From positions 3,104,001-3,168,000 of the forward strand of contig OZ245033.1 of assembly GCA_965224025.1 (NCBI GenBank): 64,000 nucleotides of DNA, in the 5' to 3' direction. This document shows, piece after piece, positions 20,507-28,803 of this stretch. The position numbers and the translations under genes were made by a program. The notes below the pieces were generated by a model, which saw only the letters and a program-made list of their open reading frames with translations, was not told the DNA's origin and did not search any database. Each line of letters starts with the position of its first letter. Within the stretch, counting starts at the first letter, position 1. This DNA comes from Candidatus Multivorans sp. (lineage in GTDB: Bacteria; Acidobacteriota; Thermoanaerobaculia; Multivoradales; Multivoraceae).

Positions 20507-20923
20507 ATGAATTGGAGTAGGGCAGTAGTTGCCGGTCTGGCGGCCGGTTTCGTCCAGAACATCGTCAACTTCGTGCTGCACGGCCTGGTGCTCGGTGGCA
20601 CGTACGTGGATCAGCCGGCATTCGTGCTGGAACCCGACGACATGACCATGCAGATCGTGTGGTTCCTCGTGGTGGCTCTGGTGATCGGGGTCGTCGCCGG
20701 CCTGCTCTTCGCGTGCAGCCGCCAGTCCTGGCAGGCGGGCGCCAAGGGAGGACTCCACTTCGGAATCATGCTTGGCGCCGTGGTCGGCTTCCAGCAGTTC
20801 TACCTGACGCTGGTGATCAACGACTTCCCGTACCACGTCGCCTGGATGTGGCTGGGAGTCGAGATCATCTCCTTCGGCATCGGCGGCATGGTGCTGGGCG
20901 CCATGTACAAGCGCGTCGACTAG
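20507..20923 (+). CDS. Hypothetical four-TM membrane protein
   Basis: GGAGG RBS, host-like codon usage, four hydrophobic helices. Confidence 0.75.
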   Translation: MNWSRAVVAGLAAGFVQNIVNFVLHGLVLGGTYVDQPAFVLEPDDMTMQIVWFLVVALVIGVVAGLLFACSRQSWQAGAKGGLHFGIMLGAVVGFQQFYLTLVINDFPYHVAWMWLGVEIISFGIGGMVLGAMYKRVD

Positions 20924-20997
20924 GTCGACCGCAGTCGGAGTCGGGACGCCGGCCGGGTGCCGATGGGAGTGCTCGCGCCTCCCTGAATGCAGGCGCT

Positions 20998-21024
20998 ACA
21001 ATGCTCCTGTCCCGAGCATTGTTT
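20998..21024 (+). terminator. Hairpin (possible terminator or operator) upstream of amt
   Basis: ACAATGCTC-N7-GAGCATTGT perfect 9-bp inverted repeat followed by TT. Confidence 0.35.
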
Positions 21025-21259
21025 GACGGTTTCGTCACGCCTCGCGTCAGGCGAAGGCCCGGGGCGCCTCAGCATCGGGAGCCGATCCCAGGGAGGCGTT
21101 GCCGCGATGGAAGGTCGCGGGGGAGGGACGCGCCGAACCCCGTGCCGGCCATCGGTTCATGTGTTGCGCACTCGTCGGGTGGGTGAACGAGATCTGGCCG
21201 CGCGTAGTCGACGCCTTCGCAAGAGAGGGCGGGGCCTCCACCACATCTGGAGGGAACAA

Positions 21260-22666
21260 ATGAAGCCCCAGCTCATGCCGCCTTCGTCACGACGGATCGT
21301 CCTCAAGGTGTTCCTGGCCGGCGTTGTGCTTCTGCTCGCCGCATCGGCGGCGGGAGCGCGGGAGCCCGGTGAAGCCACCTACGTCTTCAACACGTACGCG
21401 TTCCTGGTCTGGGGCGCGTTCATCATGTGGATGTGCGCCGGCTTCACGATGCTCGAGGCCGGGTCCGTGCGGACGAAGAACGCATCGGTCATCTGCCTCA
21501 AGAACATCGGGCTGTACTCGATCGCCGGGATCGCCTACTACGTCATCGGCTACAACCTGATGTACGTCGACGTCGGCGGCTGGATCGGTTCGATCACGCC
21601 CTTTTTCAAAGCGTCGGCGGACGAGATGGCGCTTCTCGGCGGCGATGCGGACAAGACCGCGGCGGTCGTAGCCAGCGGCCACTCAGAGATGTCGAGCTGG
21701 TTCTTCCAGATGACCTTCGTGGCCACGACCGCCTCCATCGTGTCGGGCGCTCTCGCGGAGCGGGTCAAGCTCTGGTCGTTCCTCATCTTCACGGCCGTCC
21801 TGACCGCGGTCATCTACCCGATCGTCGGCGCCTGGACCTGGGGCGGCGGCTGGCTGGTCGAACTCGGTTTCCAGGACTTCGCCGGCTCGACGATCGTGCA
21901 TTCCACGGGAGGCTGGGCGGCGCTGGCCGGCATCATCATGGTCGGTGCGAGGCGCAACAAGTTCCGCTCCGACGGCAGCGTCAAGGTCACGCCGCCGTCC
22001 AACGTGCCGATCGTCACGCTCGGCGTCTTCATCCTCTGGATGGGCTGGTTCGGATTCAACGGCGGCTCGCAGCTCGCGCTGGGCGGCGCCGCGGACGCGA
22101 CCGCGATGGGCAATTTGCTGATCAACACGAACCTCGGCGCCGCCGCCGGCGTCGTGGCGGCCCTGGCCTTGTCGCGGCCGCTGCTGGGCCGCGTCGACCT
22201 CCTGGCGGTCCTCAACGGCGCGCTCGGCGGGCTGGTCGGCGTCACCGCCGGTCCCCACCTCATCGGCCATCACTGGGCGCTTGTCATCGGCGCCATCGGC
22301 GGGGTGGTCACGGTCGCCGGCATGAGGCTGCTCGAGCGGATGAAGCTGGACGATGTCGTCGGCGCCGTTCCGGTCCACCTGTTCGCCGGCATCTGGGGCA
22401 CCCTGGCCGTTTGCATCGCGGCGGGGGGCAACTTCGTCGATCAGCTCATCGGCATCGTGGCGGTGGGCGTCTTCGTCTTCGGGACCTCCATGCTCCTGTG
22501 GTGGGTGCTTGAGAAGACGATCGGCGTTCGCGTTTCGCCGGAGGTCGAGGAACTCGGTCAGGACATGGCCGAACTCGGCATCGAGTCCTACCCCGAGTTC
22601 ATCCTGATGCCCGACGAGGACGACATGCAGGCCGCGAAGGCGGCGCAGGAGAGCGTGAGAGCCTAA
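21260..22666 (+). CDS. amtB: Ammonium transporter (Amt family)
   Basis: GFTMLEAG, FFQMTF, SGALAER, DFAGSTIVHSTGG, WFGFNGGS and DDVVGAVPVH motifs; GGAGGG RBS before ATG 21260. Confidence 0.93.
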   Translation: MKPQLMPPSSRRIVLKVFLAGVVLLLAASAAGAREPGEATYVFNTYAFLVWGAFIMWMCAGFTMLEAGSVRTKNASVICLKNIGLYSIAGIAYYVIGYNLMYVDVGGWIGSITPFFKASADEMALLGGDADKTAAVVASGHSEMSSWFFQMTFVATTASIVSGALAERVKLWSFLIFTAVLTAVIYPIVGAWTWGGGWLVELGFQDFAGSTIVHSTGGWAALAGIIMVGARRNKFRSDGSVKVTPPSNVPIVTLGVFILWMGWFGFNGGSQLALGGAADATAMGNLLINTNLGAAAGVVAALALSRPLLGRVDLLAVLNGALGGLVGVTAGPHLIGHHWALVIGAIGGVVTVAGMRLLERMKLDDVVGAVPVHLFAGIWGTLAVCIAAGGNFVDQLIGIVAVGVFVFGTSMLLWWVLEKTIGVRVSPEVEELGQDMAELGIESYPEFILMPDEDDMQAAKAAQESVRA

Positions 22667-22705
22667 GCTGCGGCATAGCCGGCGTGGATCAAGAGAGCCA
22701 ACGAT

Positions 22706-22751
22706 CTATCATTTGATAGGCCCATCGGAATAGATCACAGAATACTGTGAT
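22706..22751. promoter_or_regulatory. Two AT-rich inverted repeats upstream of the XRE-helicase gene (putative operators)
   Basis: CTATCA-TT-TGATAG (22706-22719) and ATCACAG-AATA-CTGTGAT (22734-22751). Confidence 0.55.
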
Positions 22752-22764
22752 ACCGTACGTCGCC

Positions 22765-25700
22765 ATGGCGGCGCTCACTTCTCCGGATGGGTCTCCGGCT
22801 GATGTCGGCAAGGAAGTGCGGCGTCTCCGAGGTCAGCTTGGGCTGACCCAGGAACAGTTCGGGGACCGTATGGGCGTCTCTACCATCACCGTCCATCGGT
22901 GGGAGTCCGGCCAGTCGCGGCCGCGACGGCTTGCGCTTGAGAAGCTGGCGCAACTCTCCGAGCAGGCGGCGGCCGAGTCGGCGCCACGGCCAATGCGAGG
23001 GCTCCGCCGCCCAACAGCGGCCGCCGACGGCGCCTCGTTGGACTTCGCCGGTGATCTGGAGGCCGTCCTCGCAGTGGCCGACGCTCTGCGGCTGTCGTTC
23101 GGGCATCAGTTCAACCCGGCGTTCGGGATCGAGACGTCCCGCATCGATCCGCTGCTGCATCAGCGCTTCGCGGTCTATGAGCGGATGCTGAAGCAGGACC
23201 CGCTGCGGTTCCTGCTAGCCGACGACGCCGGCGCCGGCAAGACGATCATGACCGGCCTGTACGTCCGCGAGATGTTGTCGCGTGGGCGTTTGAAGCGGGT
23301 GTTGATCGTTCCGCCCGCGGGTCTCGTGGGCAACTGGCGGCGAGAGCTCCAGACCCTGTTTCGGTTGGACTTCCGGATCGTCAGCGGCGCCGACGCGAGC
23401 GGCAGCAACCCGTTCCGCGGCGCGGGAAGCGATCGCGTCATCGTCTCCGTGGACACCCTCGCAGGGGAGGCCATGTTCGAGGCTCTTCGCCGAGCGGGCG
23501 GTCCTGCCTACGACCTCGTCGTTTTCGACGAGGCTCACAAGCTGAGCGTGCGTGAACGAGGTGTCCGGGTCGAGCGGACTCTGCGCTACAAGTTGGCCGA
23601 GGCGCTGGCTCTCGGCGCCGAGTCGGGTAGTTCCTTCGGCGGCCTCGGCTGGACTGCCCGGCATCTGCTGCTGCTTACCGCTACGCCCCACATGGGCAAG
23701 AGCCTCCCCTACGCATGGCTCTGGAGGCTGCTCGATGCCGGCGCCTTCGGGGCAGTGGAAGCCGTGCGCCGTGCCCCCCGAGCCACCCGGGACAGGCACT
23801 TCCTCCGCCGCACCAAGGAGGAAATGCTCGGCCTCGACGGCGAGCCGCTCTACCCGCCGCGCAAGTGCAGCACGTTCACGTACGAACTGAGCGGAGGGGA
23901 CAACGGCGAGCAGGATCTCTACGACCGCACGACGCAGTACCTGGACGAGCACTACGGCCGCGCCCTGGACAATCAACCGGCGGTGGAACTCGCCAAGACC
24001 GTGTTTCAGAGACGCCTGGCCAGCTCGACGTGGGCTTTGCTGCGCTCCTTCGAGCGGCGGATCGAGAAGCTCGCGCAGGCCGCGGACGCGATCGAGACCG
24101 GTGAACTCACACCGGAGCTCATGCATCGCAGGCAGGCGCTGCTGAGCAAGCGCTACCGGCGCGACTACTTCGACGACGCCGCCGCGGACGAGGACGTGGC
24201 GCCTCTTGGTTGGGCCGAGGGAAACGAGGCCTACGAGGATGCGGTGCTCGGCGCGGTCACCGTGGTCGGCGTGGAGGAGCTGAGGCGGGAGGCCGGGCAG
24301 GTCGAGGCGCTGGCGGAGCGGGCGCGCCGGCTGGTCGATTCCGGAAGGGAGACCAAGTTCGAGCGCTTGCGAGAGGTCCTGGAGGAGCCCGAGCACCAGA
24401 ACGAGAAGTGGCTTATCTTCAGTGAGCACCGGGACACGGTGGACTATCTGGTGCGGCGGCTTGAGGGGCTCGGCTACCGGGGACAGACAGCGCAGATCCA
24501 TGGCGGCATGGACTGGAAAGAGCGCGACCGCCAGGTGGAGGCCTTCCGCCGTCCGAACGGCGCGCGCTACATGGTTGCCACCGATGCCGCGGGGGAAGGC
24601 ATCAACCTGCAGTTCTGCCGCCTGATGGTCAACTACGACATCCCGTGGAACCCGGCCCGGCTGGAACAGCGGATGGGCAGGATCCATCGCTACGGCCAGC
24701 AGTTCGAGGTCCGGATCGTGAACCTGGTGGCGGGCAGCACGCGCGAGGGCAGCGTGCTGCAAGTGCTTCTGGAGAAGCTAGAGGAGATTCGCGACGAACT
24801 TGCCTCCGACAAGGTGTTCGATGTCATCGGCCGCCTGTTCGAGGGCGAGTCGCTGACCAGGTTCATGGCCGACGCCGTGACGGCGGAGGGCGAGCGGATC
24901 GCGGTCGAGCGGATCGAGGAAGCACTCGGCGCCTCCAGGGTAAGGGCGATCGGCAAGCGCGACGCCGAGGTCTACGGCGTGCCGGAACGGAACGTGACCG
25001 GCGAAGACCTGCGACCGGACGTGGAGAGGGAGCGCTACCTGCAGCTCCTTCCCGCCCACGTGCGCCGGTTGGTGGAACGTGGCGCCCGCCTGCTCGACGT
25101 CGAGATTCACGGCGACCTGGACGACCGGTTTGCATTTGCGCCGGGCCGTCCCGGCGCGCTCGACCCGTTGCTGCCGGCGCTCGAGGCCTATCCGCCCGGC
25201 GCGCGCGACTGGTTGACTGTTCGGCGGCCGCTGGAAGACGACACCGGCATCTGGCTACATCCCGGCGAGCCGTTGTTCGACGCTCTGTGCACGGCGATCC
25301 AGGCGCGCTGCGGCAGCGACGCGTTGCGCGGCGCCATCTTCGTCGACCCGAGAGCGGACGAACCGTACCTCCTTCATCTCGCTGAGTTGCGGGTGGAGCG
25401 GCAGGACCTCCCCGGGGTCTCGAGCGCCTCCGTCCCTAGGAACGCGGGCGTCTCGCCCGCATCCGGGGTTTCGGGCGTCTCCGTCCCTGGGAACGCGGGC
25501 GTCTCGCCTGCATCCGGCGCGGAAGGGCCGATTCAGGCCGGTCGCCAAGTCCTGGAACGCCGGCTGGTGGCGTTGCAGCAACGGGCGGATACGCCGCCGG
25601 CTCAGTGCCCCGTCGAGCAGCTCCTGTTGCTTTCCGGCACCAAGTTGGCGCCCGGTTTGGCGCCGCTGGCGCCCCGCGCCCCTGTGCTGCGCGCGCAGGC

Positions 25701-26565
25701 CGGCGCCCACCTGAACACGGTTCTCCAGGACTTGGTTGACGACCTTCGTGCCAAGCGTGAAGCCGAGTCGCCGGATCTCCGGCGGCGCGTTGCCGTGGGC
25801 TTCGATCTGCGAGCGGCCGAGTTGGCCGCCCGGCGCGGGAAGCTGGCGCGGAAGGGTGTCGGCCCAGGCGAGTCCGGCGGCGAAGAACTGAAGGCCGTCA
25901 AGCGCCGACAGAAGCGACTGTCCCGCAACCGCCAGCTCGCACTGCAGCGGATCGATGAGGAGGCACGGGACATTGGTCCCGGCGGCTTCCGGTTCCTGCT
26001 TCACGCGCTTGTCGTTCGCCCGGAGGATGTGGCCGGCGTGGAGAACGTCGAGCGGTTCGACGAGGCCGTGGAAGAGATCGCGGTCCGCATCGCCGCCGAT
26101 TGGGAGCGCCAGCGCGGCGCGCATGTCCAGGACGTGTCCAAGCCCGTGCTCGCCCGCGCGGCCGGCCTGCCCGACTGGCCCGGTTTCGACCTCTTGTCGA
26201 CCCTGCCGGGCGGCGACCAGCGCTGCATCGAAGTGAAGGGCCGTTCGGCCCGCTCCGCGGTTCCGGTCGAGAACAACGAGTGGGCCCAGGCATGCAAGCT
26301 GGGCGACCGGTACTGGCTCTACGCCGTCCTCGACTGCGCCACGCCGGCGCCCGAACTGTTCCGGGTCCGGGACCCGTTCGAGAAGCTGCTGGCGCACCAG
26401 CGGGTCAAGACCTTGTTCGATGTGCCGGTGGGATCGTTGATGAGAGCGGCAGAGGCCGAAGAACCGAAGCCAGAACCCGCGTGGCGCGGCTCCGCGCCGC
26501 GCGCGAACCAGTCCGTGCGGCCGTCAGCGGGCGCACGGATGGCAGGTCGGGGGGGACCAACATGA
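22765..26565 (+). CDS. XRE-HTH - SNF2 helicase - DUF3883 (PD-(D/E)xK-like) fusion
   Basis: LGLTQEQFGDRMGVSTITVHRWESG HTH; LLADDAGAGKT, FDEAH, LTATPH, DAAGEGINLQ and YDIPWNPARLEQRMGRIHR helicase motifs; GFDLLS...IEVKG C-terminus. Confidence 0.92.
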   Translation: MAALTSPDGSPADVGKEVRRLRGQLGLTQEQFGDRMGVSTITVHRWESGQSRPRRLALEKLAQLSEQAAAESAPRPMRGLRRPTAAADGASLDFAGDLEAVLAVADALRLSFGHQFNPAFGIETSRIDPLLHQRFAVYERMLKQDPLRFLLADDAGAGKTIMTGLYVREMLSRGRLKRVLIVPPAGLVGNWRRELQTLFRLDFRIVSGADASGSNPFRGAGSDRVIVSVDTLAGEAMFEALRRAGGPAYDLVVFDEAHKLSVRERGVRVERTLRYKLAEALALGAESGSSFGGLGWTARHLLLLTATPHMGKSLPYAWLWRLLDAGAFGAVEAVRRAPRATRDRHFLRRTKEEMLGLDGEPLYPPRKCSTFTYELSGGDNGEQDLYDRTTQYLDEHYGRALDNQPAVELAKTVFQRRLASSTWALLRSFERRIEKLAQAADAIETGELTPELMHRRQALLSKRYRRDYFDDAAADEDVAPLGWAEGNEAYEDAVLGAVTVVGVEELRREAGQVEALAERARRLVDSGRETKFERLREVLEEPEHQNEKWLIFSEHRDTVDYLVRRLEGLGYRGQTAQIHGGMDWKERDRQVEAFRRPNGARYMVATDAAGEGINLQFCRLMVNYDIPWNPARLEQRMGRIHRYGQQFEVRIVNLVAGSTREGSVLQVLLEKLEEIRDELASDKVFDVIGRLFEGESLTRFMADAVTAEGERIAVERIEEALGASRVRAIGKRDAEVYGVPERNVTGEDLRPDVERERYLQLLPAHVRRLVERGARLLDVEIHGDLDDRFAFAPGRPGALDPLLPALEAYPPGARDWLTVRRPLEDDTGIWLHPGEPLFDALCTAIQARCGSDALRGAIFVDPRADEPYLLHLAELRVERQDLPGVSSASVPRNAGVSPASGVSGVSVPGNAGVSPASGAEGPIQAGRQVLERRLVALQQRADTPPAQCPVEQLLLLSGTKLAPGLAPLAPRAPVLRAQAGAHLNTVLQDLVDDLRAKREAESPDLRRRVAVGFDLRAAELAARRGKLARKGVGPGESGGEELKAVKRRQKRLSRNRQLALQRIDEEARDIGPGGFRFLLHALVVRPEDVAGVENVERFDEAVEEIAVRIAADWERQRGAHVQDVSKPVLARAAGLPDWPGFDLLSTLPGGDQRCIEVKGRSARSAVPVENNEWAQACKLGDRYWLYAVLDCATPAPELFRVRDPFEKLLAHQRVKTLFDVPVGSLMRAAEAEEPKPEPAWRGSAPRANQSVRPSAGARMAGRGGPT
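25412..25517 (+). repeat. Two tandem 51-bp units each containing the REP-like palindrome, in-frame within the helicase gene
   Basis: REP cores at 25434-25466 and 25485-25517; encode PGVSSASVPRNAGVSPAS / GVSGVSVPGNAGVSPASG. Confidence 0.85.
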
Positions 26566-27110
26566 TGATGAGAAAGGAACAACGAAAGATGGGACTGACC
26601 CACGTTCAAGTGACTGTCCGCAACCCCGCCGACGCCGAGCGAAGCTGGGCGGGCGCCTTCCTGGTCGACACCGGGGCCATCGACTCCCTCGTGCCGAGAG
26701 AGCGACTGGAGCAGATCGGTTTGAAGCCGAAGGGGCGGCGCGTCTACGGACTTGCGGATGGAAGAGAGGCTGCGATGGACATCACGGTTGCGGAGTTGGA
26801 GTTCATGGGGGAGGTCATCGGCAGCACGATCGTCTTCGGAAAAGAGGGCTCTGAACCTCTCCTGGGCGTTACGGCGCTCGAGTCGATGGGCATCGAGGTC
26901 GATCCCGTGAGTCAACAACTGAGGAGGCTGCCTTCGATTCACTTGAAGACGACAGCAGGCGACGAACGGCCCTTGCGGGTGACCTCCGAGCAAGAGCGGG
27001 AAGGCGCACGTTCCGCCACGGGCCATCCAATGCCCACCGACCTGACAAGGCCGCCCGAGGAGGCCTCGGCCGGCCGCGTTCGGCAGGACCTCGGGGAGAG
27101 GTCACCATGA
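26562..27110 (+). CDS. Clan AA (retropepsin-like) aspartic protease, AF_0612-like
   Basis: MGLTHV start at 26589 or coupled ATG at 26562; FLVDTGA catalytic motif; PLLGVTALE; low-complexity C-terminal tail. Confidence 0.85.
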   Translation: MMMRKEQRKMGLTHVQVTVRNPADAERSWAGAFLVDTGAIDSLVPRERLEQIGLKPKGRRVYGLADGREAAMDITVAELEFMGEVIGSTIVFGKEGSEPLLGVTALESMGIEVDPVSQQLRRLPSIHLKTTAGDERPLRVTSEQEREGARSATGHPMPTDLTRPPEEASAGRVRQDLGERSP

Positions 27111-28213
27111 CTGCCTTCGAAGTTGCCGTCGTGCTGCTGGACTCGGTCGAGGAGCACCCCAACGCCGACCGTTTGGAGCTGGCTCGCGTCGGCGGCTACC
27201 GCTGCGTCGTTCCCAAGGGGAAGTACCAAGCCGGTGAGCGGGTTGCCTACATACCGGAAAACGCGATCGTCCCGGAGGATCTCCTGAGAAGCATGGGGCT
27301 CTGGGACGGCGATGCCGGCAAGGGCCGGCTCGGTGGCAAGAAGGGCGACCGTGTCCGGCCGGTCAGGTTGCGCGGCGAGCTCTCCCAAGGTGTGGTGTTC
27401 AAGCCGGGCGCCGACGCCGCGGTCGGGGACGACCTGGCCGCCGCCTACGGCGTCACGAAGTACGAGCCGAAGCTCCCGACCACGATGTCAGGCCAGGTCG
27501 CGAACGTCGGCGGTTTCCTCGTTTCCTACGACATCGAGAACATCAAGAAGTACCCGGACGTATTCGTGTCCGGCGAGATGGTCGTGGTGACCGAGAAACT
27601 GCACGGGACGTACGCTTGCTTCAGCTATATCCCACCGCCGGATAGCGCCTCGCTCCCCGCCGATCTACCCAACGGTTCGGTGCTGGTGGCGTCGAAGGGA
27701 CTTGGCGCGAAGGGCCTGGCGTTCAAGGACGTGGAGGACAACAGGAACAACCTCTACCTGCGGACTTGGCGGGAGCAGTTGCGGGACACCGGCGTCTGGC
27801 GTCGCGTGGAGGACTCCGCTCAGGGTCCCGTCCACATCATGGCCGAGATCTTCGGTCGTGGGGTGCAGGACCTGCACTACGGGCTGACGCGGCCCTCCCT
27901 ACGGGTCTTCGACGTGTTCCTGGGGCCGCCCGCCACCGGTTCGTTCCTGGGCTACGACGCGCTCTGCCGGACGACCGACGCGTGGGGCGCGGACCGGGTG
28001 CCTGAGCTCGCGGTGGCGCCGTTCAGCGAAGAGCTGATCGAAGAGCACCGGGACGGCCCCGACACGGTGTCCGGAAGCCACGTAAGGGAAGGCATCGTCA
28101 TCACGCCCAGGGAGGAGCGGCAGGACCGGCGGCTGCACCGGGATCGGGTAAAGCTGAAGGCCGTCAGCCCGGACTACCTGTTCCGCCGGGGGAAGAGGAC
28201 CGAGTACGAGTGA
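27107..28213 (+). CDS. ATP-dependent RNA ligase (Rnl2-like, DRB0094 family)
   Basis: N-terminal HPNADRLELA OB-like domain; TEKLHGT (motif I), AEIFG, VFDV, REGIVI and KLKAVSPDYL; ATGA overlap with protease. Confidence 0.9.
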   Translation: MTAFEVAVVLLDSVEEHPNADRLELARVGGYRCVVPKGKYQAGERVAYIPENAIVPEDLLRSMGLWDGDAGKGRLGGKKGDRVRPVRLRGELSQGVVFKPGADAAVGDDLAAAYGVTKYEPKLPTTMSGQVANVGGFLVSYDIENIKKYPDVFVSGEMVVVTEKLHGTYACFSYIPPPDSASLPADLPNGSVLVASKGLGAKGLAFKDVEDNRNNLYLRTWREQLRDTGVWRRVEDSAQGPVHIMAEIFGRGVQDLHYGLTRPSLRVFDVFLGPPATGSFLGYDALCRTTDAWGADRVPELAVAPFSEELIEEHRDGPDTVSGSHVREGIVITPREERQDRRLHRDRVKLKAVSPDYLFRRGKRTEYE

Positions 28214-28223
28214 TGGGTGACCC

Positions 28224-28688
28224 TCAACCAGCAGTGGCGCGGGCGCGTCTCGATTCCGGCGCGGCTCGATCCCCAACGACCAAGTGGCGACCGAGGGTGC
28301 GGAGAACAGCCGCGATGTAGTCGAGCCGTGAGGGGCGGTCAAGGTCGAGAAGCCGACGGACCTTGGTCTCGCGAACACCCAGGGACCGGGCGAGTGAGCG
28401 ACGTGAGATGCCTTCGCGGCGCATCGCCGTGTAGAGGGCCAGTTGCGCTGCCGTGTTCGGCGGCAACGTGACCACATGGTGCTCCTCGGAAGGCGTGCTC
28501 GGCACCGGAATCTCCTGCCGTGCCTCGACGTACATGCTGAGGGCGACGATCAGCGCATTCTCGGCGAGGATCAGGGATTCTTGGCGGGTGGCGCCGCCCG
28601 TGATCGCTTCGGGAAGGTCCGGAAAGGTGACCAGGTAGCCGGGATCGTCCTCCTCCGGCGTCAAGATGCAGGGATACGCGTAGTTCAT
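28224..28688 (-). CDS. hicB: HicB-family antitoxin (no adjacent hicA seen)
   Basis: YLVTFPDLPEAITGGAT..E...AENAL, IPVPS, C-terminal HTH (LARSLGV.ETKVRRLLDL). Confidence 0.85.
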   Translation of the reverse strand: MNYAYPCILTPEEDDPGYLVTFPDLPEAITGGATRQESLILAENALIVALSMYVEARQEIPVPSTPSEEHHVVTLPPNTAAQLALYTAMRREGISRRSLARSLGVRETKVRRLLDLDRPSRLDYIAAVLRTLGRHLVVGDRAAPESRRARATAG

Positions 28689-28803
28689 CTCAGCTTCCTT
28701 CACGCGAGGCGGATGACAACTGGCCGGCGCTCCGGGCTACGATTGGCGGCGATGCCACCGATCGATTCGCGGGACTTCCGGGGATGCCGGAACGGGGCCG
28801 CCT

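Noticed and set aside
20924-21259. Riboswitch/ncRNA or glnK gene upstream of amt
   Set aside because: Only isolated hairpins; no recognisable aptamer consensus or PII-like ORF
26100-26561. N-terminal extension of the 336-aa protease ORF
   Set aside because: Overlaps the helicase C-terminus in another frame; Arg/Pro-rich nonsense; real start at 26562 or 26589
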